A stretch of 64,000 bases of DNA from an uncultured virus (IMG/VR IMGVR_UViG_2824834302_000001) (lineage: Duplodnaviria; Heunggongvirae; Uroviricota; Caudoviricetes), in the IMG/VR virus record IMGVR_UViG_2824834302_000001; one strand, 5' to 3'. Of the stretch, positions 25,196 to 34,317 are shown piece by piece. The notes beneath the pieces are model-generated. The model saw nothing but the letters and a program-made list of their open reading frames with translations, searched no databases and was not told where the DNA came from. A program made the translations under genes and the position numbers. The stretch's first letter is position 1. Every line of letters starts with the position of its first letter.

Positions 25196-26445
25196 GTAGC
25201 CCTCGATTCTCCATCATTCCCGCGTGGATCGTCACCGATGGCCGCCTGAAGGGCAGCGATCTGCGCGTCTTATGCCTGCTCGGCACCTATACCAACAAGG
25301 AAGGCTGGTGCCGGCGCAGCCAGGTGAAGATGGCCGAGCAACTCGGCTGTGGCCGCTCGACGGTGCAGGATTCGCTAAATCGGCTTTCGGAAATAGGCGC
25401 TGTCGAAAAGCAGAAGGTGGCGAGCGCCGACGGTCGAGACAGCGCGCATTGGTACCGCGTCGTGCTCGATCGGGCGGTCACCAGCAATGCATTTGCCGCA
25501 TGGGACGGCGAAGATGAAGAGGAATTCGGTCCTATCGATGTCGAGAAAACCGGCACCCCCCCTGCCGGTATACCGGCACCCCCTGCCGGTCCTAGGGCGG
25601 CACCCCCTGCCGGTCCAGAACCGGCACCTATTAACGACAGTAATTTAACTCCCCCTGTTGAACGAAGTGAGAGAGACGCCGCGCTTGGCGGGGAAGAGGA
25701 AGAAAATCCCAAAGCGCTGGAGCGGAGGTTCAGGCGGTGGTGGGCCACATGGCCGACATACGCCGTGGACACGGAAACGACGGCCCGCCGCGCCTGGCTG
25801 GACCTGACGGCAGAGCAGCGCCGGGCATGCGAGGAGCGGACGGCTGACTACCTCGCCACCGTGAAGGCCTCGGGCCGCAAGTTCTCCAAGGCGGCGGCGA
25901 CCTATCTCAGCGAACGAGCCTGGGAGCGGCTGGGAGAGAAGGATGCGCAGCATTCCGGCCAGTCGCCGGAGCCGTACACGGCCTATTCCAGGGCAGGGCG
26001 CGGCCTGTTGCTCGCCGAGCTGCTGCGCCCGATGCGACAGCTGCAGCTCAACAAAGTCGAGGAAACCATCATCGAGGCCAGCCCGGAAAAGAGCGGCATG
26101 ATCTGGCGCGACAAGCGGGAAAAGCAGGGATGGCCGGAAGCCGTGAAGCTGATCGAGACGACAGTCCAGCGCCGGCGCTTCCACGTGCCGCAGCGCCTCG
26201 TCGAGCTTTCGAAGGATTTCGACAAGGTGAAGGTCGGAAGCGATGTCTGGGAGGCGTGGCGGCGTCTGCACTTCCGTCGGTTCTGGCCGTGGCTGCCAGC
26301 GCCGGACGGACTGGAATGGATGCAGTTCCCCCGCATCGCCGCCCATGGCGAGAGCGAGGCGGATCTCGACGATGCAGTCGAGCGGGCATTGGAAGAATTT
26401 GCAGGCAGGTTGAACGAGGGCAGGGGCGATGACGATGCAGCATAG
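25192..26445 (+). CDS. Replication initiator (N-terminal winged HTH, lambda O-like position)
   Basis: FSIIPAWIVTD...LCLLGTY...SQVKMAEQLGCGRSTV; internal iterons; FRRWWATWP domain. Confidence 0.8.
   Translation: MSSPRFSIIPAWIVTDGRLKGSDLRVLCLLGTYTNKEGWCRRSQVKMAEQLGCGRSTVQDSLNRLSEIGAVEKQKVASADGRDSAHWYRVVLDRAVTSNAFAAWDGEDEEEFGPIDVEKTGTPPAGIPAPPAGPRAAPPAGPEPAPINDSNLTPPVERSERDAALGGEEEENPKALERRFRRWWATWPTYAVDTETTARRAWLDLTAEQRRACEERTADYLATVKASGRKFSKAAATYLSERAWERLGEKDAQHSGQSPEPYTAYSRAGRGLLLAELLRPMRQLQLNKVEETIIEASPEKSGMIWRDKREKQGWPEAVKLIETTVQRRRFHVPQRLVELSKDFDKVKVGSDVWEAWRRLHFRRFWPWLPAPDGLEWMQFPRIAAHGESEADLDDAVERALEEFAGRLNEGRGDDDAA
25550..25650 (+). repeat. Putative origin: iterons GGCACCCCCTGCCGGT x3 plus a partial copy, then an AT-rich stretch
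   Basis: Direct repeats inside the initiator gene followed by TATTAACGACAGTAATTTAACT. Confidence 0.7.
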
Positions 26446-27112
26446 GAAAGGTGATTTCAGCGCCAACATGATCGTCATGAGCGCCGAAGCTTGGTCAAGG
26501 CGGGACAAGGCTGCAGGCGCGAACCGTCTGCGAATCGATCACCTGAATATGGCCTCGCGTGGTGCAGTCGAGCGGCTTGCTCAGGACACATCAGCGCCAA
26601 AGCCTGGATGGTTTTGCCTTCGCGTGATGACCGGCCGCGAAAAGGCGGTTGAAAAGTGGTTGAATGCTGGTGATGTGGAATCACTAGTTGTGATGACTAA
26701 TGAATGCAAAGTCGTCAGGCGTGGACGCGTCAAGATCGTCCCGCCAAGGCCCGTCATTAGCGGTTATGTCCTTGTTTTCTGCTCACCTATCCCGGCTGCG
26801 ATGATGGGGCTGCTTCACGTTAATGAGGTGATTGATGTCGTCGGTGGGGCCATACGACCATATCGGGCTGATGACAAATCCATCATGAGATTCAAGGCGA
26901 TGGCGAGCGAAGGCAAGTACGACGCCAACGTTCGGAAGGCGCATGCCTTCATGTTGGAAGAGAACGTCCGTGTCGCTGATGGGCCATTCGCTAGCTTCCC
27001 CGGAACGATCACGGAAATCGATGACGATCATCATCGTGTGAAGGTCGATGTGATGATTTTCGGGCGACTAACTCCGGTCGATCTGGATATTGACCAGATC
27101 GAAAAGATATGA
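26429..27112 (+). CDS. NusG-family antiterminator (NGN plus KOW)
   Basis: WFCLRVMTGRE, VISGYVLV, VRVADGPFASFPGTI, VMIFGRLTPVDL; occupies the lambda Q position. Confidence 0.9.
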   Translation: MTMQHRKGDFSANMIVMSAEAWSRRDKAAGANRLRIDHLNMASRGAVERLAQDTSAPKPGWFCLRVMTGREKAVEKWLNAGDVESLVVMTNECKVVRRGRVKIVPPRPVISGYVLVFCSPIPAAMMGLLHVNEVIDVVGGAIRPYRADDKSIMRFKAMASEGKYDANVRKAHAFMLEENVRVADGPFASFPGTITEIDDDHHRVKVDVMIFGRLTPVDLDIDQIEKI

Positions 27113-27287
27113 GCATGAATCCCGCCGTGGACGATCCTAGATCCCAGCGTGGGCTTTGAGTCGGTGGCGTGATCACCGGCAAACGGGGCGAAAGCTTCGG
27201 AGCTGCTTACCGGTAGGACCCCACTCTGACAGCCTCCTGATGAGGCGCGCCGAGTCAGGGTCAGTGCTACTGCTTTGGAACAGTGAC

Positions 27288-27310
27288 AGGCGACCTTCGG
27301 GTCGCCTTTG
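27288..27310 (+). terminator. Late-leader terminator hairpin
   Basis: AGGCGACC-TTCG-GGTCGCCT followed by a short TTTG tract. Confidence 0.6.
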
Positions 27311-27436
27311 TCGTCTCTAGAGTATGCGCATTGCACATCGCCTGTTGAGACTATCGGCCATCGTTCTGGGCATCTTTGCCTGGATAGTGGTCGCCTCGGC
27401 TCCTCTCTGCGTTCTCGCTCTCGGGCTCCACTGATC

Positions 27437-27766
27437 ATGAAAATGAAGATGGCAGCATCGACCCTGATAGCGATGGACACGCGGAGCGTGCGGCCGCCTG
27501 AAAAGAAAGCCGATGCCTTTTATCTGACGCCGGAGTGGCGCGCGCTGATGGCGATGATCATCAAGGAGCGCGGACGGATCTGCGAAGATCCCCATTGCGA
27601 CGGCCGAACGCACAAGAAGGGCATGCGCGTCTTCGGCGATCACATCGTCGAACTGAAGGATGGCGGCGCCCATCTCGACCCCAAGAACGTGATGCTCCGA
27701 TGCGGGGCGTCCCACACCCGAAAGACGGCGGCAGCTCGCGCGAAGCGGCTCGCCGAGCGGTTCTAG
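27437..27766 (+). CDS. HNH endonuclease (cos-packaging associated)
   Basis: FYLTPEWR, CEDPHC, DHIVELKDGG...N...C..H..KT. Confidence 0.85.
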   Translation: MKMKMAASTLIAMDTRSVRPPEKKADAFYLTPEWRALMAMIIKERGRICEDPHCDGRTHKKGMRVFGDHIVELKDGGAHLDPKNVMLRCGASHTRKTAAARAKRLAERF

Positions 27767-27788
27767 TCCTCAGACAAAATCGAGAACC

Positions 27789-28115
27789 TTGATGGCCATT
27801 GGCATTGCATTCGTTCAGCCGAGCGGCAACATCGCCAAAGTCAGGGTGGATGTAACCTTCTTGGCTGAGTTTATCGGTCTGGCGAAGCTCGCTTGCCTCC
27901 ATATCGTGGGTAGCTGCGATAGCGACGATGGGCGCACGGTCGGCTTGCTCGTCCAAGGAGAGATAGTGCCGGCGGCGTCCGACTGTGTAGTCGAGATCAG
28001 CCGAACGATCACCGGTTCGGTCAGTGGGAACCCCGGCGCCTCGGTCTCGATCGTGCTCAAGCCCCTGCCGACGGGGGCACCGCGCGGCGACGTGGTCGCG
28101 AGGGCCGAGGGGTAG
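27789..28115 (+). CDS. Hypothetical protein
   Basis: ORF between HNH and putative cos. Confidence 0.45.
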   Translation: MMAIGIAFVQPSGNIAKVRVDVTFLAEFIGLAKLACLHIVGSCDSDDGRTVGLLVQGEIVPAASDCVVEISRTITGSVSGNPGASVSIVLKPLPTGAPRGDVVARAEG

Positions 28116-28200
28116 GGGGTTTAAAACTCCATGGCTCCACTAGGGGGCTAACCGCATGGGTCTCACTTGCATCTTTTTTTTCTGGCCGGCGAGTTTTTCC
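28108..28200. other. Putative cos region
   Basis: Non-coding G-run/T-run segment between HNH and terS, the usual cos position in HK97-like phages. Confidence 0.45.
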
Positions 28201-28336
28201 CATCGGTCGACTGAGGATCAAGCGAAACGCGCGATATCGGCTCTGGTGACAATAGAGAATTCAACGGCTTAGCTGCTCGTCGTGGTGCGAGAAGGCCGAA
28301 ATTGACCGAGTTTTTCCCATTTCACTTGAACGGGAC

Positions 28337-28846
28337 ATGGAACAGGATCTTGACCTCTTCGGGAACCCATATGAGCGAGGTCGCAGCGAAGGCCGGCCTT
28401 CGCACGTCCCGTCGGAGGAGAGCATCATCAATGTGATGGTGCTTGTGGCTGCTGGGCAGACGAACAAGGAAGTGGCCGGAACCTTAGGTCTCGACGTCAA
28501 GACATTGCGCAAGCACTACGATCACCTGCTCAAGCAACGCAACGTCATGCTGGCACGGTTGAGGACGAAATTGCGCACTGCGCAGATCCAGCAGGGCCTG
28601 GCAGGCAGCGCCGCGGCTCTCTCTGGAGCGCTGAAGATGCTGGATGCCGTCAGCGCCGAGAAGGCCAGTCGGGAACTGCAGAGCCGGGCGGCGAACAAGC
28701 CGGCGCCGAAGGGCTATGTCTCCAAGAAGGAGCAGAGGCTCGACAATGCCAGGGCGATCGGTGGGGGCGGCCGGTATGCCGTTCCCGTTGGGCCGCGGCT
28801 CATAGCCAACAATGGCCAGTCGGTTGCGAGCGGCGAAGAGGTCTAG
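28337..28846 (+). CDS. terS: Terminase small subunit
   Basis: GRP...HTH (KEVAGTLGLDVKTLRKHY); upstream of terL. Confidence 0.75.
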   Translation: MEQDLDLFGNPYERGRSEGRPSHVPSEESIINVMVLVAAGQTNKEVAGTLGLDVKTLRKHYDHLLKQRNVMLARLRTKLRTAQIQQGLAGSAAALSGALKMLDAVSAEKASRELQSRAANKPAPKGYVSKKEQRLDNARAIGGGGRYAVPVGPRLIANNGQSVASGEEV

Positions 28847-28912
28847 CGTGATCCGGCCCGGCGGTTTCCGGGCTAACCACCGAACATTGTTTTCACCCAG
28901 AAAGGAAAAAGC

Positions 28913-29170
28913 ATGGCTTACCGCAGTCTGACCTTTGCGACCATCGGTTCGGTGATCGCCAACTTCGTCTCGCCTGTATTCATCACCCTCTACAGCGCTC
29001 TGGAAGCGTTTTTCCGGGCGGTGATGCTCGTCGCTGCTCCCTACGCCTGGCGTTCGGCGCACGAGATCGGTGTCGCCGCATTCCGCAAGATCGCCGACCT
29101 GAAGCCGGTTTATCGCGAGAGCTATGACACGCACGGCCTCAGCCTCGGTCATCGATGGCGCGCCTGCTGA
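28913..29170 (+). CDS. Hypothetical protein between terS and terL
   Basis: AAAGGA SD; flanked by hairpins. Confidence 0.6.
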   Translation: MAYRSLTFATIGSVIANFVSPVFITLYSALEAFFRAVMLVAAPYAWRSAHEIGVAAFRKIADLKPVYRESYDTHGLSLGHRWRAC

Positions 29171-29276
29171 CCAATAGAGGAGGCGGGGCGTACAGCGGCC
29201 CGCCTCCATTCGATGTTCATTTCTGCTTCCTCGATCGAGGGCGAAGAAATCAACATGCTCAAGAAGGAGACCGACA

Positions 29277-29480
29277 ATGGATAACCGTCAACAGGCGGCC
29301 TTCACAAAGGCATCCAGCCCGTATCCTGGCTACATCAACGTGACCCGAGAGGGTGATGATGTGACCGTCACCGTTCGTGGTGACGCTCGGGACAACGGCG
29401 ATTGCGGCCCTCTCGCCACGCTGAAGCTGACGTGGCAGGAATGGCTGACGTTCTTCGACACGGTGAAATACCAGCTTTAG
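29277..29480 (+). CDS. Hypothetical protein between terS and terL
   Basis: AAGGAG SD. Confidence 0.6.
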   Translation: MDNRQQAAFTKASSPYPGYINVTREGDDVTVTVRGDARDNGDCGPLATLKLTWQEWLTFFDTVKYQL

Positions 29481-29522
29481 GAGAAGGCGAGATGCACTTC
29501 ATCCGGGCCAGCCGGTAGGGTT

Positions 29523-31319
29523 ATGCGGTTTTCGACAGCATGTCCCGACTGGGAGCGCCGGATCGTTGCGGGTGAAAGCCTGATCCCGATCCCTCCGCTC
29601 TTCCCCGAAGAGGCCGCGGCCGCGCTCGAGGTGTTCAAGTCGTTGCAGGTCTGCGATATGCCGCAGGTTTTCGACCGCAAGACCGGCCTCTATCGACATC
29701 CGACCTTCGGCGAGGTCTGCGATGAGTTCGTCTTCGATTTCGTCGAGGCTGTTTTCGGGGCTTACGATCCGGATTCCGCGCACCGGTTGATCGAAGAGTT
29801 CTTCCTGCTGATCAGCAAGAAGAACGGCAAGTCGACGATCGTCGCCGGCATCATGGTGACGGCTCTGATCCGGAACTGGCGACCGCACCAAGAGCTGGCC
29901 GTCCTGGCGCCGACGCGCGAAGTTGCCGAGAACTCCTTCGGACCAGCTGCTGCGATGATCCGCGCTGACCCTGATCTGTCGGTGCTGCTTCACATTCAGG
30001 ACAATGTGAAGAGCATCACGCATACGGTCACCAGGGCGATCCTGAAGATTGTCTCGGCCGATTCAGGAACTGCCGCGGGCAAGAAAGCGGCATTCGTCCT
30101 TGTAGATGAGCTGTGGCTGTTCGGTAAAAAGGCGAGCGCTGCGGCAATGCTCCAGGAGGCGACTGGCGGCCTGATCTCGCGCCCGGAAGGGTTCGTGATC
30201 TACATCTCGACCCAGTCGGACGAGCCGCCCGCCGGCGTGTTCAAGCAGAAACTGGATTACTTTCGCGATGTTCGCGACGGGAAGATCAGCGATCCGCAGA
30301 GCATGGCAGTGCTCTATGAATTCCCGGACTCGATGATCGCTAACGAGGCATATCTCGATCCAGACAACTGGCACATCACCAACCCCAATATGGGACGATC
30401 GGTGCGCCGCGATTGGCTTGAGCGAAAACTGCTCGCCGTTCGATCGGGTGCGGATGAGGAAGGGGACACGGTTCAGAGCTTCCTTGCAAAGCATCTGAAC
30501 ATCGAGATCGGCATGAGGCTGCGCGCGAACCGTTGGTCCGGCGCCAATTACTGGGCGAGCTCAGTCGACGAGGAACTCGCTGCGCTCCCGCCATTCGAAG
30601 CATTGCACCGATTGCTCGATCGCTGCGAAGTGGTTGTCGTTTCGGCTGATGGCGGCGGTCTTGATGACCTTTTCGGATTGACGATCGTCGGGCGTGAGCC
30701 CGAAGAGTTCGAAATCAAGGTCAAGGTAAACGGTCGCGAGACGACGGTCTGGATGAAGCGGTGGTTGAGTTGGTCGCACGCCTGGTGTCACAGGGACGTG
30801 CTCAAGCAACGCAAGAAAATCGCGCCCATCCTGCTGGATTTCGAGAAGGCCGGCCATTTGACAATTATCGACACTGCCCTCGAGGACATCGCGGCGATCG
30901 TCGATATCATCAAGACGATCAAGGATATGGATCTTCTCAACTGTGTTGCCGTCGACCCCGCCGTCATCGGTGATCTTGTCGACGCGCTGGCGACGCCGGA
31001 GATCGATATCACGCAGGATAATGGCCTGCTAATCGGCGTGTCGCAGGGCTATGCGCTAATGAACGCGATCAAGACCGCCGAGCGCCGCCTGTCCAACGGC
31101 ATGTTGCTACATGCGGGCGGTCCACTGATGAGCTGGTGCGTGTCGAACCTGAAGATCGAGCCGACGGCCACGGCGATCCGCGCGACGAAACAGACGGCCG
31201 GGGACGCGAAAATTGACCCCGTCATGGCTCTCTTCGACGCGGTGACCATCATGGTGAAAAATCCGGAAGCGAAGAGCGCGGCCTCGATCTACGAAACGCA
31301 GGATCTTTTGATTGTCTAA
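29523..31319 (+). CDS. terL: Terminase large subunit
   Basis: Walker A ISKKNGKST, Walker B VLVDEL, YISTQ, C-terminal KIDP. Confidence 0.95.
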   Translation: MRFSTACPDWERRIVAGESLIPIPPLFPEEAAAALEVFKSLQVCDMPQVFDRKTGLYRHPTFGEVCDEFVFDFVEAVFGAYDPDSAHRLIEEFFLLISKKNGKSTIVAGIMVTALIRNWRPHQELAVLAPTREVAENSFGPAAAMIRADPDLSVLLHIQDNVKSITHTVTRAILKIVSADSGTAAGKKAAFVLVDELWLFGKKASAAAMLQEATGGLISRPEGFVIYISTQSDEPPAGVFKQKLDYFRDVRDGKISDPQSMAVLYEFPDSMIANEAYLDPDNWHITNPNMGRSVRRDWLERKLLAVRSGADEEGDTVQSFLAKHLNIEIGMRLRANRWSGANYWASSVDEELAALPPFEALHRLLDRCEVVVVSADGGGLDDLFGLTIVGREPEEFEIKVKVNGRETTVWMKRWLSWSHAWCHRDVLKQRKKIAPILLDFEKAGHLTIIDTALEDIAAIVDIIKTIKDMDLLNCVAVDPAVIGDLVDALATPEIDITQDNGLLIGVSQGYALMNAIKTAERRLSNGMLLHAGGPLMSWCVSNLKIEPTATAIRATKQTAGDAKIDPVMALFDAVTIMVKNPEAKSAASIYETQDLLIV

Positions 31320-31551
31320 GGGGAAACTGATGCATCGGCTGATGCCTGCGCTGAGAATGGTGGCCTTCGCGCTGCTTGCGATCGCGAACTTCGCGTTCCG
31401 CCTCTTCGGCGCCCGCGATTATATGCTGTTTGCTGGCCTCGGCCTGATGGCCTACGGCCTGAAGCTCGTCTACGAGCCGGCGGCCTACATCGCCCCTGGC
31501 GTGGTTCTTGCAGCTGTTGCGGTCGCCATCTCCTTCAAGGGGGCCAACTGA
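31312..31551 (+). CDS. Small membrane protein before portal
   Basis: Hydrophobic ORF coupled to terL and portal. Confidence 0.6.
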   Translation: MSKGKLMHRLMPALRMVAFALLAIANFAFRLFGARDYMLFAGLGLMAYGLKLVYEPAAYIAPGVVLAAVAVAISFKGAN

Positions 31552-32867
31552 TGGGTTTCCTCGATCGGGCGCGCGAAGGGTCGGGATACGTCGAGAAGTC
31601 CAGTTCGGCCGGCGTGCCGTCCAGCGGGCTGCTTCCGACACTCGGCTCGATGTCGTCGGCGGCCGGCGTGACGATCAGCCAGGCGACGGCGATCACCGTT
31701 TCGACTGTTTATGCGTGCGTCATGGCCCGCGCCCTCGACTTCGCTCGGTGCACGCCGCGTATCCTCTCGATTAAGGATGGGCGCAGCGGCGAGCCGAATA
31801 CGGCGCACGCGGCTGCAAAGATCATGAAGCGGCCGAACTGGGTGCAGACCTGGTTCGAATTCGCCGTGCAGATGGAGGCGGCTTATGTGCTGCGGAACAA
31901 CGCCTATGCCATCATCTTGCGCGACGGCAGAGGTGTTCCTCAGTACATGCTGCCGGTCAACCCCGACAACGTGCAGGTCCTAGAGGCTGCTGATGGCGAG
32001 ATCTTCTATCAGGTCAATCGCCAGGGCCTTTTCCAGATGTGGGCGCTCGGCCAGCTGCCGCTCGCCATTCCGGCGGAGGATGTGTTTCACCTTCGCGGGC
32101 TGACCTTCAACATGCTTGTGGGCATATCGACGATCGGCATAGCGCGCGATGCAATCGGCCTCGCAATGGGCCTGGAGCAACAGGCGTCGCGGTTCGTTGC
32201 CAACGGCGCCCGCCCGGGTGGGGTGCTGGAATCGGCGAAGAAGATCTCCGCTGACACGGCGAAAAGATTGCGTGAGCAGTGGGATTCGCTGCGTTCGGGC
32301 ATCCAGAACGTCGGCCGTACCGCCATCCTCGAGGATGGCCTGCAGTGGAAACCGATGCAGTTGACTTCGGTCGAGCTGGAGTTCATCGCTCAACGCAAAA
32401 TGTCGGTCGAGGACGTCGCGCGTTACATGCGCGTTCCCTTGTATCGCATTGGCGTCACGGGCGAACTTGGCAAGGCCAAGCCCGAGGATCTCGACACATC
32501 CTATGTCAACACGGTGATCATGCCGGATGTCGAAGCATGGGAACAGAAATTCGAGCAGATGTTCGATCTGGAGAAGGATGGGCTTCAGGCCGATCTCGAC
32601 GAGCGAAACTTGCTGCGGGCCTCGGAATCGACACGGATCAACAATCAGCGCCTGGCGATCATGTCCGGCCTCGAAACTCAGAATGAGGCCCGCAAGGACA
32701 ACGGCCGGCCGGCCAAGAAGGGTGGCGACGAGCTGCTGCGCCCGGTCAACCTCGCCGCCTCCGGCTCCGATATGTCGGGCACTGCGCCAGACGGCGCGGG
32801 GCGTCCCACTTCCGGCACTCTTCCCGACCCGGGTGCCGCCAACTCTTCCGAAGGGGAAGTCGAATGA
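31551..32867 (+). CDS. HK97-family portal protein
   Basis: VYACV, NNAY, HLRG, NGARPGGVL, ILEDG, NEAR motifs. Confidence 0.93.
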   Translation: MGFLDRAREGSGYVEKSSSAGVPSSGLLPTLGSMSSAAGVTISQATAITVSTVYACVMARALDFARCTPRILSIKDGRSGEPNTAHAAAKIMKRPNWVQTWFEFAVQMEAAYVLRNNAYAIILRDGRGVPQYMLPVNPDNVQVLEAADGEIFYQVNRQGLFQMWALGQLPLAIPAEDVFHLRGLTFNMLVGISTIGIARDAIGLAMGLEQQASRFVANGARPGGVLESAKKISADTAKRLREQWDSLRSGIQNVGRTAILEDGLQWKPMQLTSVELEFIAQRKMSVEDVARYMRVPLYRIGVTGELGKAKPEDLDTSYVNTVIMPDVEAWEQKFEQMFDLEKDGLQADLDERNLLRASESTRINNQRLAIMSGLETQNEARKDNGRPAKKGGDELLRPVNLAASGSDMSGTAPDGAGRPTSGTLPDPGAANSSEGEVE

Positions 32868-34240
32868 ATTTGCTGCGAAAGGTCTACAGCGCCCCAGTTG
32901 AGACGGTCGGCGACAGACAGGTTCGGGTGATCATCTCGACGGATGCCGTCGATCGCGACGGCGAGATCATCGAGAACAAGGGTATCGACACGGCAGCCTA
33001 TATGGCGAGTGGCGCCGGAACGGTTCTCTGGAATCATAATCCGAACATGCCGATCGCCAAGTGCGTCGAGATCGCCAAGGAAGCTGGCCTGACGAAGGCC
33101 CTCGTCGAGTTTCCGCCGGAAGGCGAAGATAGCGAAGCGGATCTTTACTACAGCAAGATCAAGTTCGGGTCCGTTTCCGGCGTCTCGATTGGTTTCCTGC
33201 CGATCGACGCCGAGCCGCTCGATAAAGGCAACCCGAAGAAGGGGCCTCAGAAATATCTCAGCTGCGAGCTGATGGAATTCTCCTTCACGCCGGTGCAGTC
33301 CAACCGCGGCGCCGTCGTCGTCGCACGCTCCGCTAAACATGAGCCGGAAAACTGGAAGGTCGGCGCTTCCCGCAACCTGCCGGTGATCGAGGATTCCGAA
33401 TGGGATGATGAGGTCGCCGAGAAGAGCATTCTCGCCCATGCCGATTTCGACGGCGACAGCCCGGACACGACCTTCGCCCGCAAGGGTTTCCTGGCCTATG
33501 ACGCGGCCAATGCCGAAGAGGTCGGGGCCTACCGTGTCCCGTTCGCCAAGATGGTCGAGGGGCGCCTGACCGTCACCAGATCCGGCCTCAAGGCCGCTTC
33601 GTCCTGGCTCGACAAGGCCAGTCTTCCGGAAGACGTGACCGCGAAAGCGCGGGCCGTCATCAACCATTACGAGGCCAAGATGACCGAGAAAAGCACTCCC
33701 AAGTCTGTGATGAAGGCCGGCGCGCCTGTCAAAATCAAGGGGCTCTATCACGTCAGCGAGCTCGCGAGCATCTTCATGAACCTCGCCTGGTTGCGCGATT
33801 CCGTCGACTGGGAAGCGGCCTGCGAAGGTGATGGATCCTTGCTGCCTGCGCAACTGGCGGAGATCATGCACAACGTTGCGGACGCGCTGATCGCGATGAC
33901 GGCCGAAGAGGTCGCCGAGGTCCTGGCGAAGCTTCCCGAGGATGGCGCTGATGTCACCAAGGGTATCTGCGCTGACAACGCCGCCCCGATCGTCAAGGCG
34001 ATCGTCGGCATGAATATCAAGGCGGGCCGGAAATTCTCCGGCCAGTCGATTTCGACATTGCTGGATGCCTGCAAGTCCATCAAGGATGGGCACGACAAGA
34101 TTTCCAGCATGCTTGACGAAAGCGCTTCCGACACGGAAGGCGCCGAAAAATCCGCCGCGGCCGACAGGGTCAAGGCAGCCGATCTCGCGCGGCAAAAACG
34201 CTTGCGCGAAGTCGAGGTCCTGCGGCTCGCCGCAGTCTAG
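32864..34240 (+). CDS. HK97-family prohead protease with extra C-terminal domains
   Basis: DRDGE, LWNH, VSIGF, EFSFTPVQSN motifs. Confidence 0.9.
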   Translation: MNLLRKVYSAPVETVGDRQVRVIISTDAVDRDGEIIENKGIDTAAYMASGAGTVLWNHNPNMPIAKCVEIAKEAGLTKALVEFPPEGEDSEADLYYSKIKFGSVSGVSIGFLPIDAEPLDKGNPKKGPQKYLSCELMEFSFTPVQSNRGAVVVARSAKHEPENWKVGASRNLPVIEDSEWDDEVAEKSILAHADFDGDSPDTTFARKGFLAYDAANAEEVGAYRVPFAKMVEGRLTVTRSGLKAASSWLDKASLPEDVTAKARAVINHYEAKMTEKSTPKSVMKAGAPVKIKGLYHVSELASIFMNLAWLRDSVDWEAACEGDGSLLPAQLAEIMHNVADALIAMTAEEVAEVLAKLPEDGADVTKGICADNAAPIVKAIVGMNIKAGRKFSGQSISTLLDACKSIKDGHDKISSMLDESASDTEGAEKSAAADRVKAADLARQKRLREVEVLRLAAV

Positions 34241-34317
34241 TCCCCGGCGACAGGCTGGCATCCCATCACCGTTCAATTCCCGCGCTGCTGACGCTGCGCC
34301 CTGGAAAGGATTTACCC

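Noticed and set aside
25631..25648. CtrA box in the putative origin
   Set aside because: TTAA half-sites are 10 nt apart, not 7
12514..26445. Systematic C-terminal AA ClpXP degrons on many phage proteins (KVAA, TEAA, EVAA, LEAA, DDAA)
   Set aside because: Several are explained by the overlapping GAGG/GGTGG Shine-Dalgarno of the next coupled gene; cannot be separated from that artefact by eye
27185..27250. Possible hammerhead ribozyme (CGAAA at ~27189 and CTGATGAG at ~27237)
   Set aside because: CTGATGAG sits inside its own hairpin (GCCTC-CTGAT-GAGGC), the would-be cleavage nucleotide is G, and stems I/II cannot be formed
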